Position numbers and translations under genes: made by a program. Below are positions 52,985 to 64,000 of a DNA stretch of 64,000 nt, one piece after another. Origin of the DNA: Macrostomum lignano (Eukaryota); the NCBI GenBank assembly GCA_002269645.1, contig NIVC01000200.1, forward strand, positions 186,001 through 250,000, written 5' to 3'. The notes beneath the pieces are model-generated. The model was not told the DNA's origin, did no database searches, and was given only the letters and a program-made list of their open reading frames with translations. Each line of letters starts with the position of its first letter. Positions within the stretch are counted from its first letter, which is position 1.

Positions 52985-53925
52985 CTAGAAATGCATACTG
53001 CCAAAGGTGTTGCATGGGTGGCAATGGTGCCACAGAAACTTATCTAGGTGTGTATCAAACAGGGCCTTAAATGTGCCATGTGTGTACCTGAACCAGGCCT
53101 TATCGTGGGCTCATGCCCTCAATCATATGATTATAGACATTTGGGTTGTTAGGGTCTACAAAATATAGCCAGTGGTTATATTTATATTTATAGCCAATTG
53201 TAAAATAGTTGGGTAGCTGATTGTATGCTTGCCATTGGTCCATGATGATCTGCGTCCTAGGCAGTATATGATGTTGCACTTGTCCATATGATAGGCAAGA
53301 TGCTGGCCACACTACAATCTAATATGGCCACCATCATGCAGCAGTTCAAGCCTTGTTTAACTATACTTAAAATCTACGAAGAGCTTGCGTGCACGGCAGC
53401 CGTTCACATAAGCTCAGAATTACGTGCACTGCACGGCGGCTATCTACCTAGTGCTTTATTTGCATGTATGGCAGCCGTTCATCTAGTGTTAAAATTGCGT
53501 GCACGGCAGCCGGTAAATGGCCAGGACTGGGGCCCTTAAATTAAACAATAACTAATTAAAAAGTTATTGTTACTATATTGTTTTATGTTTTATCCCACGT
53601 ACACCATGTACACCCAATGTAATCTTAATTCATTGCTTTTTTGTTAATTTGAATATTATTCGAATAGCTATGACTTACTGTATAGGCCTATAAGATACAG
53701 CTCTGCCGTGCACGCAATTCTGAGCTTACGTGAATGGCTGCCGTGCACGCAAGCTCTTCGTAAAATCTATTGGCCTGGCAGATACTGGCCTTGATGGTAT
53801 TTATGATGAAAGAAATAGCTTTCATTAATTTCAACATTGACAACAGGCCTTCCCAGCTGTAGTGGATAGTCTTTCAAGTATTGGCTGCAGATGTTGCAGA
53901 TAAAGTTTTGCCAATCCACAATGGT
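52985..53925 (-). mobile_element. Decayed Merlin (IS1595/ISXO2-related) DNA transposase, interrupted by a MITE
   Basis: TIVDWQNFIC, VEINESYFFHHKYHQG, ILPII/HILPRTQIIMDQWQAYNQL, NH..FVDP..IEG, HGTFKALFDTHLDKFLW. Confidence 0.8.
53377..53760. mobile_element. 384 bp MITE with long TIRs (CGAAGAGCTTGCGTGCACGGCAGCC...) and 9 bp TSD TAAAATCTA
   Basis: TIRs match over about 45 bp; TSD at 53368-53376 and 53761-53769; removing the element restores the Merlin frame. Confidence 0.85.
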
Positions 53926-54390
53926 CTAAATGGCAATGTTTTTATACTGTTGCAAGGCATCTTCCTGCTTGGCCTACACTGCCCACTAGTATATTATGTC
54001 AATTATCTGGGTCAAAGTTAGATGGCTAGCCTCAAAAAAGGAGCCCTTTTAGATTGAGGCCTGAGTCTAACATTGTGGACATGCCTAGCAGCAGTCATTG
54101 ACAAAGTGTCTCTTGCCATTTCTGTAGATGCATAGCTGGCTGCCTAGGACAAGTGCCACATTGACGTTGATTGGCTAGCAGGTGGTACATGGCCAGCCAA
54201 TGGATCATTGCTTCATTGATAGCTTTTATTATAGTAAGCTCGCACATCATAGGGTTGAAGTTACATAGATCTACACTACAGGTTGAATATCCACAATTGG
54301 AATTATGCTTTGTTGCCCAAGATGCAAGAAAAAAAACAAGGCAAGAAATCTCTCAGAATCCTAGTCCCTCCAACCTCAGCCCCTTTTAAA

Positions 54391-55109
54391 CAACAACAAC
54401 AAAATATGCTGTTAGGATGGCACAAGTCAGTGTCACAGGGCGCGCTTCACGGCTTAGGTGCAAACAAAGGCCATACCACCAGCAGTGTCCGGGGCGCCAG
54501 CATCAGCCAGCAGACAGTCAATGTAACGCCGAGTTTGCGCTTGACCTCGGGGGTAGGGTGCCTGCAACGTGAGCAGTAGCACCTCCTGCACCGGCTGTGG
54601 GCAGTACAACTTGGCGCAGATGAGATGGCCTATGAGTTAGAGTTGCCGATGGCGCAGTAGATCAGTTGGACATGGCAGGCCAGCGCGGCGGATAGAGTGC
54701 CACATTGTTGACTCACTTGATGCTGATGTTGAAGGCCGCATGTAGCAGGCCAGCATGTGCCGCATTGACTTGCTGTTCGAGTGAGTCTGTCAGCATCCAG
54801 GTCTTGGCGTTGTAGAACAGGACAGTCTCAATTACCGCCTGGAACAGTGCCACCCTCTGGCGGTCCGGTAGGGCCTCAGACTGCAGGACTGCCCTCACAG
54901 AATGAAAGGCAGCCCAGGCAAGCCTGCAGCGGCATCGTAGGTCCTTGCAAGCATCTGGAACCAGACTGCTAAGGTAGACAAACTGCTAACATCGCGGGAG
55001 CTAGGTTGCCTGCCCATCAGCGCCTTGGCAGAATATTGCAGCCTCAATGTTGTCTGGCACGCAGAGCACAATGGTCTTCTGCATGTTGACCACCAGGCTG
55101 ATGCTTGTC
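54391..55109 (-). mobile_element. 5'-truncated, decayed RTE-type LINE copy with (GTT)n tail and probable TSD CTTTTAAA
   Basis: Aligns to 29480-30190 (ALFQAVIETVLFYNAKTW); CTTTTAAA on both flanks. Confidence 0.85.
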
Positions 55110-55193
55110 CTCTTTTAAAAAACAAGGAGCAATTGCAGGTTTTTGCCATAAACATTAACTAAAGGCCATAGACAGCCTTTAGCCATTCATGCG

Positions 55194-55340
55194 CAACCTT
55201 GGGAATCACTTGGCCATTTCTATTGGCAACACACATGTAAATTGCTATTGGCTGAGAGCAGTCACGTGACTACTATTCCATCCAAAAGCGACTTACATGT
55301 GTGTTGCCAATAGAAATGGCTGGGTGAATTCTTAGGTTGT
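55194..55340. repeat. Small fold-back element: perfect 28 bp inverted arms (55213-55240 and 55293-55320) around a central AGTCACGTGACT palindrome
   Basis: GCCATTTCTATTGGCAACACACATGTAA and its reverse complement read directly. Confidence 0.75.
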
Positions 55341-55910
55341 GCCCAAGCATGCCTTTAGCTATCTCAAACTAGTGATCATAGACATAAAATTGATATCTGC
55401 CACATTACTGCCACGTCTTACACTCAGGCAATTTCAAATATTTACTTGCAGTAACTAACAAAGTCAATATTTTTCGAAAAATAAATTAAATGTGCATAAC
55501 TAGAGGATTGCTGGTGTCTAGTATATGCCAAAGTTTTTTAGGCAAAATTTTAGGTATAGCCTACTAAGTATACCAAAAATTAGAAATATGATTATCATGT
55601 ATACCAAAATTTCAAAATTCTATTACTTTACTTTTAAAATAATTAAATAAAGGACATTTTTATATTATGACAATGATGGACCTTTTTTACATTGTTACAT
55701 TTGACATTTACATGTATATTATAACAAAATAAGTCTTGTCTATTTCTCCTTTACAACAACTTATAATTACACAAAGTTATGAAATACAATTATATTTAAT
55801 TAATTTTTTTTCATTTGCATTTGTATTATCTCTTTACTGCTATTTTTTAAATGTTCTACTTTTTGTTATAGTAACTAAAAGATACTTGCACCAATTTTCA
55901 AATAGCTTTG

Positions 55911-58126
55911 TGATGTAACCACGCTCTGGTCGCGGGATAGGGCATGGGAACTTTTTCGAAAGTGCCTCCTATCCCGTGCACCCTCTGCACAGAGCTGTCG
56001 AGACTCGGCCAGGTCTCCGACCGGGCCTGGAGACTCCCGCTCTGCTGCACCTCTCTTGCTGCCTTGGTCCCGTCTCTCCTGCCGCCACACCTGCCTTTCC
56101 GGAGCCCCTACCCCTTTCTGTACCTCCCCCTCTACCCTATCTCTTCTGTTCCCGCCCTATTCTTCCTGTACTTTCTCTACCTCCTCCTTTTTTTTGTCTC
56201 CCTCTGCACTCTTTTCCTGCGCTGTCCCCTCTTTCCCTGTGTCTACTTACAGTACTTTGTGTGCTCACCGTCTCCCCATCCCCCTCAAACTCCCAAACGG
56301 TGACGCAAGTCGTGTGACCCCTTCTCCCCCTCGGTGACTCATCGATGACTCATCCCCCTCTCTTGCGCAACCTTTTCTCACGCTATTGTTCTCCTTCCCA
56401 AATTTCTCATGTGACACCCACCCCACCTCCGCTTCTATTGTTCTCGTTTTTGCTTCTTTTGTTCTCTCGACCCCCACCAATTATCACATTTTCTCCGATT
56501 TTCTCTTTCTTTTGTTCTCGTTTTCGCACCTAATTATCACCTTTTCTCCAATGTTTACTTTTCCATTGTTCTCAGTTTTCCCCAATTATCCCCGATTTCC
56601 AATTCCTTTGTTCTCGACCCCAGCCCTATTGTTCTCAATGTTTGCTTGCGCAACACTTTCGCGACCACCCGCTGCGCCAATTATCCCCCCACCCCACCTC
56701 CGGATTGCGCAATTTCCCGATTTCTCATGTTGCTATGCCGGTCTCATGCTTCTCATCATGACTCATTCTGACGTCATTCTGCCGGCAGCCAATCAGAGAG
56801 AGGGAGCCATGGTAACGACCTTGAGGAGGCGGCTGTGAGGTCTATAAAAGGAAGCGATTTCGGCATGAGAATACTCAACTGAGTTTATCTCTGTTCCTCT
56901 CCTCGTCCTTCTTTGGACTTGCTGTCAGATTGAGTTCTGACCCATTCGTCTATAAGACGAATCCCTGCCGGTCCGCGGTCTGTTACCGCCAAGTTATCCT
57001 TAGCTCCCCAAGTGAGCTCGCCTATCGGCCAGCGGTCTGATACCGCCCAGCATCATCAGCATCGCCTGATCTACATCAGCGCCTCGTCGCTCCAGCGCAT
57101 CGCCGCTTCACCGTCTGCCTGACTGCAGCCTACAGCCGCCCTCGGTCACTCCGCCTCTCTCTCTCTCTGTGCAGCTGCCGGTAAGTTCCTACTACTAATT
57201 TGTGCTCTAATTGCCTTTGCTTATCCGGGGTTTGCCTATTTTCCATTGTCTGATTAGAGAGCTGAGCCAATTGTGATACCGTATCTTTTGCTGTATTTTA
57301 CTCAATAGTGAAGCCGCCTAATTGCCTGCTTATTTGCCTAAGGGCCTAATTATTAACTATTAACTAACTTCATCATTATTCAATCTTTCACCATCATTTC
57401 ACTCATGGCTTGCTAAGCCTTTCTCCCGGGTGGCAAAGCATAAGGAAGTTTGGGTAAGCTAATGGCCTCTCCCCGTGCAAAGCCCGCCTGTGAGTGTGTG
57501 CTGCGGGGCCGCGTGTGCGTGCAGTAGAGGGATTAGCGAGTCTTGGCACAGAATGGCAGTAGGAAGGTTGCACCCCCATGCTAACGCGTCCCTTCGCCCT
57601 GAGCAATCTAAACTGTAGACAGTACATGTTCGCCTCATACTACTCTTAGTAATCAAAGTCGCAAGTCAGCCTCGCTCACAGCCACAAAGGACCCCCTGCT
57701 GAGAAATCCTCCAGGATTGAGCCCAGAGTTCCCGATCATGCCCCAAGCAGAGTCCCTGTACTCGGCTGCATGCGTCTCCCCTGTTAGCCTAAATCCCCTG
57801 GTAACCAATCCAGGCGGGGCTCTAGCCTCGAGAGGTCTGGTAGAAAGATCCAGGTGCGCCAGGTCACATAGAGTGGTGGCAGCCACTCGGTCATACTATG
57901 ACCGAGTGACCAACTATTGCACCTTGGCTACAGGTGGGGTCCATGTGGGTCCTTGGCCCTCTGGTCACGAAGCGCTACCAAAGCTACTAATCATGTGGGC
58001 GGGACAGTCTGGTGCTGGAGGTCCGTCAGGTCATTGCCCGGTCATAGGCAGCCTACGGTCATTGCCCCCTCTAGTCATGCGTTCGTCTCTCTACGGAACG
58101 GACAGGCGACAAGGGCGGTTACATCA
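55911..58126 (+). mobile_element. Solo LTR-like element (2216 bp), TGATGTAACC...GGTTACATCA, 4 bp TSD TTTG
   Basis: TG..CA termini, 10 bp terminal inverted repeat, TTTG at 55907-55910 and 58127-58130, internal promoter motifs, no coding domain recognised. Confidence 0.75.
56335..57186 (+). promoter_or_regulatory. Pol II promoter cluster in the LTR: TGACTCA x3, TGACGTCA, CCAAT, TATAAAAG; splice donor GTAAGT at 57181
   Basis: TGACTCA at 56335, 56346 and 56759; TGACGTCA 56769; CCAAT 56789; TATA 56843. Confidence 0.55.
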
Positions 58127-58950
58127 TTTGTATACTACTTTTTGTATGCCAAATACAACTTTTTAAGATTCAAACACCAAAGAAATAGAAGGGCTAATGT
58201 ATATTTAGAAAATTTTGGCCTATAAGAAACCTTCCTAACTATGGTAAAGGGCCTATCAACTTAAGCTCATGAAGTGGAGCCCAAGTAACCTATATATATA
58301 TAAATGAAATGTCATTCTGCTTAGAGTGACATTAGGAAGCTGGATTTGGATAAAAAAGTGACAAAAATTGGACCCGGGATAGGAGAAAACAAGCAAGAAG
58401 ATAATTAGGGACTATTATATAAACTTAAGCTTATTAGATGGAGTCTCTATTGGAAAGATGTTGGTATATTGTTTAATTTTTACTTTTTGACTAATGCTAG
58501 CTGGCAACATAGTATTTTATTTGACATCTTGGATTTGTTTAAAATGGCACTGCAATTCTAATGCTTAAAAGTTGGTATCTGAATTGAAAAACAAATTTAT
58601 GAATATATATTTCAATTTTGCCATAGAAACCCAATATCTTTGTTATTAAATATTTAAAGATGCTACTATGTCAAGGTTAAAACTTATTATAAAGCTTCCA
58701 TTTTATGCATGCCACAACTGAACCAGCCTTTAAAAGTACAAATGTGTCAACCGGACTTTTCCTGTTGCCTCTACTTCATTTCATCCAATTTTAACTTCAC
58801 CCTGCACTATCTTTGAGTCCAATTCCAATAAATATTTTCTAGTCTAGTCTAATTAGTATTTTTATCTAAGTTTCCATCTTTTTTCAAGCCTAACATTCCC
58901 TGCTATTTCTCAAGTCAACAATTGGTTTTTATTTGCAATAATAACAAGTC

Positions 58951-61452
58951 ATGCTGCAGGGCGCTGGCGCCCAAAGTCGCGGTGGCGGCGTTGCCGCGGC
59001 TGGTGGACCCAGTAATTCCTCTGCAGCTGCTGGGGCAGCAGCCTCCAATCCTACTGTGCTGCCACCGGCTGCCGGTGCGAACTTCTTACAATCGGCAACA
59101 GCTGCTTCCGCTTCCGGTTCCTTCGCTGCAGCTGCCGCCGCCGCTAATTTAAGTCGTCGGGAGAAGCAAAAACTCGGCCACCGACGCGTCGACGATGAGG
59201 GTCAGGTGACCTATAAGAAGGTAAGCGAAGCTTTGTCTCGTGTTGATTTAAAAAGAAACTGCTTGTTTGATGTCATTCTGAAGAAAACAACTGGTTATTG
59301 GGACTTTTAAAGAAATTAGGAGATTTCGGGAAAAAAACTTAAGAGTTAGGGATTTGAAAGAAACTGAGATTTAGGGATTTGGGATTTGGGAAGAAACCGG
59401 GATTTGGGAGGACACAGGGATTTGGAGATTGCAAGACACTGGGATTTGGAGATTTGGGAAGAGACTGGGATTTGGAGATTTGGGAAGAGACTGAGATGTG
59501 TTGTTTTGGGAAGAGACTGGGATTTTGGGATTTGTGAAGACACTGGGATTTGGTGATTTGTGAAGACACTGGGATTTGGGGATTTGTGAAGACACTGGGT
59601 TTTGTGGATTTGTGAAGACACTGGGATTTGGAATCTTGAAGAAAACTAAGATTTAGGTTGTGGTATTTCTAACGAAACAAAAAGTTTAAAACTAAGGATT
59701 TGAGAATAAATCGGAGTTATCTAATTCAGCTATTTCAAGACTAAATTGGATTGGACATTAAAGCCGGCCACAATTAACACTGGCAGAGACCAACCAACGA
59801 GATCATGCGAGCGATCCAGCTTGGCATACAGAATTCTGTAGGCAACGAGGCGCAAAAGCCCAGTAGGGACCTGCTGACTCAGGACTTTGGCGTTTGTGAG
59901 ATTGTGGATTTCCCCAGGTGAGCGGCCTCTGCTGTGCGTGATTTGTTTGTTGTGCTGTTATCTCTGTGTCTGCCTTAGTTTTAGTGTGCCCACTGCCTAT
60001 CTGTGTCTGTCTGTACTGTTAGTGTCTGGCTATCTGTATGTGTCTCTATTAGTGTCTGGCTATCTGTATGTGTCTCTGTTTGTGTCTGGCTATCTGTATG
60101 TGTTTCTATTAGTGTCTGGCTATCTGTATGTGTTTCTATTAGTGTCTGGCTATCTGTATGTGTCTCTGTTTGTGTCTGGCTATCTGTATGTGTTTCTATT
60201 AGTGTCTGGCTATCTGTATGTGTCTCTATTAGTGTCTGGCTATCTGTATGTGTCTCTGTTTGTGTCTGGCTATCTGTATGTGTCTCTGTTTGTGTCTGGC
60301 TATCTGTATGTGCCTCTGTTTGTGTCTGGCTATCTGTATGTGTCTCTGTTTGTGTCTGGCTATCTGTATGTGTCTCTGTTTGTGTCTGGCTATCTGTATG
60401 TGTCTCTGTTAGTGTCTGGCTATCTGTATGTGCCTCTGTTTGTGTCTGGCTATCTGTATGTGTCTTTGTTTGTGTCTGGCTATCTGTATGTGTCTCTGTT
60501 TGTGTCTGGCTATCTGTATGTGCCTCTGTTTGTGTCTGGCTATCTGTATGTGTCTCTGTTTGTGTCTGGCTATCTGTATGTGTCTCTGTTTGTGTCTGAC
60601 TATCTGTATGTGCCTCTGTTAGTGTCTGGCTATCTGTATGTGTCTCTGTTAGTGTCTGGCTATCTGTATGTGCCTCTGTTTGTGTCTGGCTATCTGTAGG
60701 TGTCTCTGTTAGTGTCTGGCTATCTGTAGGTGTCTCTGTTAGTGTCTGGCTATCTGTATGTGTCTCTGTCAGTGTCTGGCTATCTGTATGTGTCTCTGTT
60801 TGTGTCTGGCTATCTGTAGGTGCCTCTGTTAGTGTCTGGCTATCTGTATGTGCCTCTGTTAGTGTCTGGCTATCTGTATGTGTCTCTGTTTGTGTCTGGC
60901 TATCTGTATGTGTCTCTGTTTGTGTCTGGCTATCTGTATGTGTCTGCTTTAGTCCTAGTGTCTGGCTATCTGTATGTGTTTCTATTAGTGTCTGTTTGTC
61001 CGTCTGTCAGCCTGTCTTAGTGTCTGTCTGTCTGGCTGTCAGCCTGTCTTAGTGTCTGTCTGTCGGTGCCATACTCACTACAATCTAACCAATGTACTTT
61101 TGCCGCACGCCCACCCCGCAGAGAGGGCGGCAAGCTCACCATGGCGCACACCATGAGCAGCTTCACATTCAAGACCTACGCCCCACTGGCGTTCAGGCAC
61201 TTTCGCAAGCTGTACAATATTGACATATCGCAATTCTTGGCATCCATTTGCGGCGAAGAATTGGAAGAATTATCTAATCCAGGCGCCTCCGGCTCCATCT
61301 TCTATCGCACTGCGGATGACAATTTCATTATTAAAACTGTGCAGCACAAGGAAGCCAAGTACCTGCAGCGATTGCTACTGCAGTACTATTTGACCCTGAC
61401 TCAGAACCCCCGAACTCTGCTGCCCAAGTTCTATGGTCTGTACTGCTATCAG
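58951..61452 (+). CDS. PIP5K1: Type I phosphatidylinositol-4-phosphate 5-kinase, exons 58951-59220, 59787-59917, 61122-61452; continues beyond
   Basis: [17 protein letters not shown]|[24 protein letters not shown]|[53 protein letters not shown]; phases 0 and 2 are compatible. Confidence 0.93.
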
Positions 61453-64000
61453 GTGCGTGTTCTTCAGTAATTGATAGGTTTACTCTTTCATGGTCATAGT
61501 CTGTTTGGGTCGTATGGAGTATGGTCATAGTCTGTTTGTTAGGGTCATATGCGAAATGGTCATAGTCTGTTTGGGTCGTATGGGGTATGGTTATAGTCTG
61601 CTTGTTAGGGTCATATGCGAAATGGTCAGTCTGTTTGGGTCGTATGGATACTGGTCATAGTCTGCTTGTTAGGGTCATATGCGAAATGGTCATAATCTGT
61701 TTGGGTCATATGGATAATGGTCATAGTCTGTTTGGGTCATATGGATAATGGTCATAGTCTGCTTGTTAGGGTCATATGGAGTATGGTCATAGTCTGCTTG
61801 TTAGGGTCATATGGAGTATGGTCATAGTCTGCTTGTTAGGGTCATATGGAGTATGGTCATAGTCTGCTTGTTAGGGTCATATGCGAAATGGTCAGTCTGT
61901 TTGGGTCGTATGGATACTGGTCATAGTCTGCTTGTTAGGATCATATGCGAAATGGTCATAATCTGTTTGGGTCATATGGATAATGGTCATAGTCTGTTTG
62001 GGTCATATGGGGTATGGTCATAGTCTGCTTGTTAGGGTCATATGCGAAATGGTCAGTCTGTTTGGGTCGTATGGGGTATGGTCATAGTCTGCTTGTTAGG
62101 GTCATATGCGAAATGGTCAGTCTGTTTGGGTCGTATGGGGTATGGTCATAGTCTGCTTGTTAGGGTCATATGCGAAATGGTCAGTCTGTTTGGGTCGTAT
62201 GGATACTGGTCATAGTCTGCTTGTTAGGATCATATGCGAAATGGTCATTATCTGTTTGGGTCATATGGATAATGGTCATAGTCTGCTTGTTAGGGTCATA
62301 TGGAGTATGGTCATAGTCTGCTTGTTAGGGTCATATGGAGTATGGTCATAGTCTGCTTGTTAGGGTCATATGCGAAATGGTCAGTCTGTTTGGGTCGTAT
62401 GGATACTGGTCATAGTCTGCTTGTTAGGATCATATGCGAAATGGTCAGTCTGTTAGGGTCATATGGAGACTGGTCATAGTCTGCTTGTTAGGGTCATATG
62501 CGAAATGGTCAGTCTGTTAGGGTCATATGGAGACTGGTCATAGTCTGCTTGTTAGGGTCATATGCGAAATGGTCAGTCTGTTAGGGTCATATGGAGACTG
62601 GTCATAGTCTGCTTGTTAGGGTCATATGCGAAATGGTCAGTCTGTTAGGGTCATATGGAGACTGGTCATAGTCTGCTTGTTAGGGTCATATGCGAAATGG
62701 TCAGTCTGTTAGGGTCATATGGAGACTGGTCATAGTCTGCTTGTTAGGGTCATATGCGAAATGGTCAGTCTGTTTGGGTCATATGGAGACTGGTCATAGT
62801 CTGCTTGTTAGGGTCATATGCAAAATGGTCAGTCTGTTAGGGTCATATGGAGACTGGTCATAGTCTGCTTGTTAGGGTCATATGCAAAATGGTCAGTCTG
62901 TTAGGGTCATATGGAGACTGGTCATAGTCTGCTTGTTAGGGTCATATGCGAAATGGTCAGTCTGTTAGGGTCATATGGAGACTGGTCATAGTCTGCTTGT
63001 TAGGGTCATATGGATAATGGTCATAGTCTGCTTGTTAGGGTCATATGCGAAATGGTCATAATCTGCTTGTTAGTGTCATATGGGTGATGGTCATAGTCAG
63101 TACGGTCGGTCATATTGTTAATGGTCATAATTATTATGCGCCATTTAGACTAAAGTCTTAGTTTTACCCTAAAAGTTATATGCTTCTGGTCAGGATCTTT
63201 GGTGTCATGTGGTAAATAGTCATAATGATTGTGATCATATTGTTTGTTTGATTAGACAGTCTTGAGTCACTGTAGTTGATGCCTAATAAAACAGTGGTTG
63301 AATGAAATTTACAATCAATTGTTATCCTATGGTCATTAGTTAGAAGAATTCCGAAGCCCTGAGGTCGTCATAAAATTTATACCAGTCTAAAAAAGAAGCA
63401 GATCCAACGTAATGATATTTTTCGAATAGTTAAATCATATCCTGCAGTGCTTTTTCTATGTATTCATCAGATTAATTCGCAATAAACTTCTCCGTATATT
63501 CCTTCAGGTGTGTTGCCTTTTTGCTTGCTTGCAACAAAAGCAGTACGAGCGGGTTTGATAGGCAATTTTTTCCTGTTGCTGCTTTTGCGTGTTGCACAAG
63601 CAGTTTTGCGCAGCTTACTCTGGCTTGAATGTCTTGGAAATATGGGCTTTCTGCTCAATGATAGACTTGATTCAGTGTTTCTTTGCAGAAGACTGATTAA
63701 TAGAGGCAGGTATAAAATTGCATTTAACTTTTTTGCAGCTTCCTCTATTCGAGTAAATATAATTAGTCTTCTTGAGGCGGAAAATTTTAATTAAATTTTT
63801 TTGCCCAGCAGATTGTGAGAGAAGGGTCTCGGGGAAAAATTGTGTGATTTTGAGTGATTAAGACACATGGACAGACACTAAAACAGACCGGCAGACACTA
63901 AAATAGACAGGCAGACACTAGAACAGACAGGCAGACACTAGAACAGACAGGCAGACACTAGAACAGGCAGGCAGACACTAAAGCAGACAGGCAGACACTA
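59365..64000. repeat. PIP5K1 intronic minisatellites: GGGATTT-rich (59365-59640), 30 bp GTGTCTGGCTATCTGTATGTGTCTCTGTTT (60020-60985), GGTCATAGTCTGCTTGTTAG composite (61490-63090), 20 bp AGACAGGCAGACACTAGAAC (63880-64000)
   Basis: Direct reading. Confidence 0.9.

Overview
This is eukaryotic (metazoan) genomic DNA: GT-AG spliced genes, GC-rich exons, and introns full of micro- and minisatellites. The style resembles a free-living flatworm such as Macrostomum, which is an inference I cannot verify. Reconstructed host genes are: mitochondrial EF-Ts (-, 3' end not found in the window); an intronless Ly6/uPAR-type GPI-anchored protein (-); a complete 3-exon peroxiredoxin with a strongly remodelled active site (-); two paralogous small secreted acidic-propeptide/Arg-rich peptide precursors (-), which sit in a tandem duplication that also copied peroxiredoxin exon 1; a Jupiter-like protein built from symmetric phase-1 exons, most carrying an NP(I/L)TG-type motif (-); and a type I PIP5 kinase (+, 3 exons seen) just downstream of a solo-LTR-like element with promoter motifs. 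Mobile DNA includes four RTE-type LINE copies (one near-intact, with TSD and an HDV-like ribozyme candidate), a second RTE/BovB-like LINE with an internally amplified minisatellite, a Penelope-like (Neptune-type) fragment, three hammerhead ribozyme motifs (one in a retrozyme-like unit of about 265 nt), hAT termini (one the source of a 3.9 kb satellite), a decayed Merlin transposase interrupted by a MITE, and a tRNA/CORE-like SINE. Most long ORFs in the supplied track are translations of simple repeats. There are no prokaryotic systems or CRISPR arrays.
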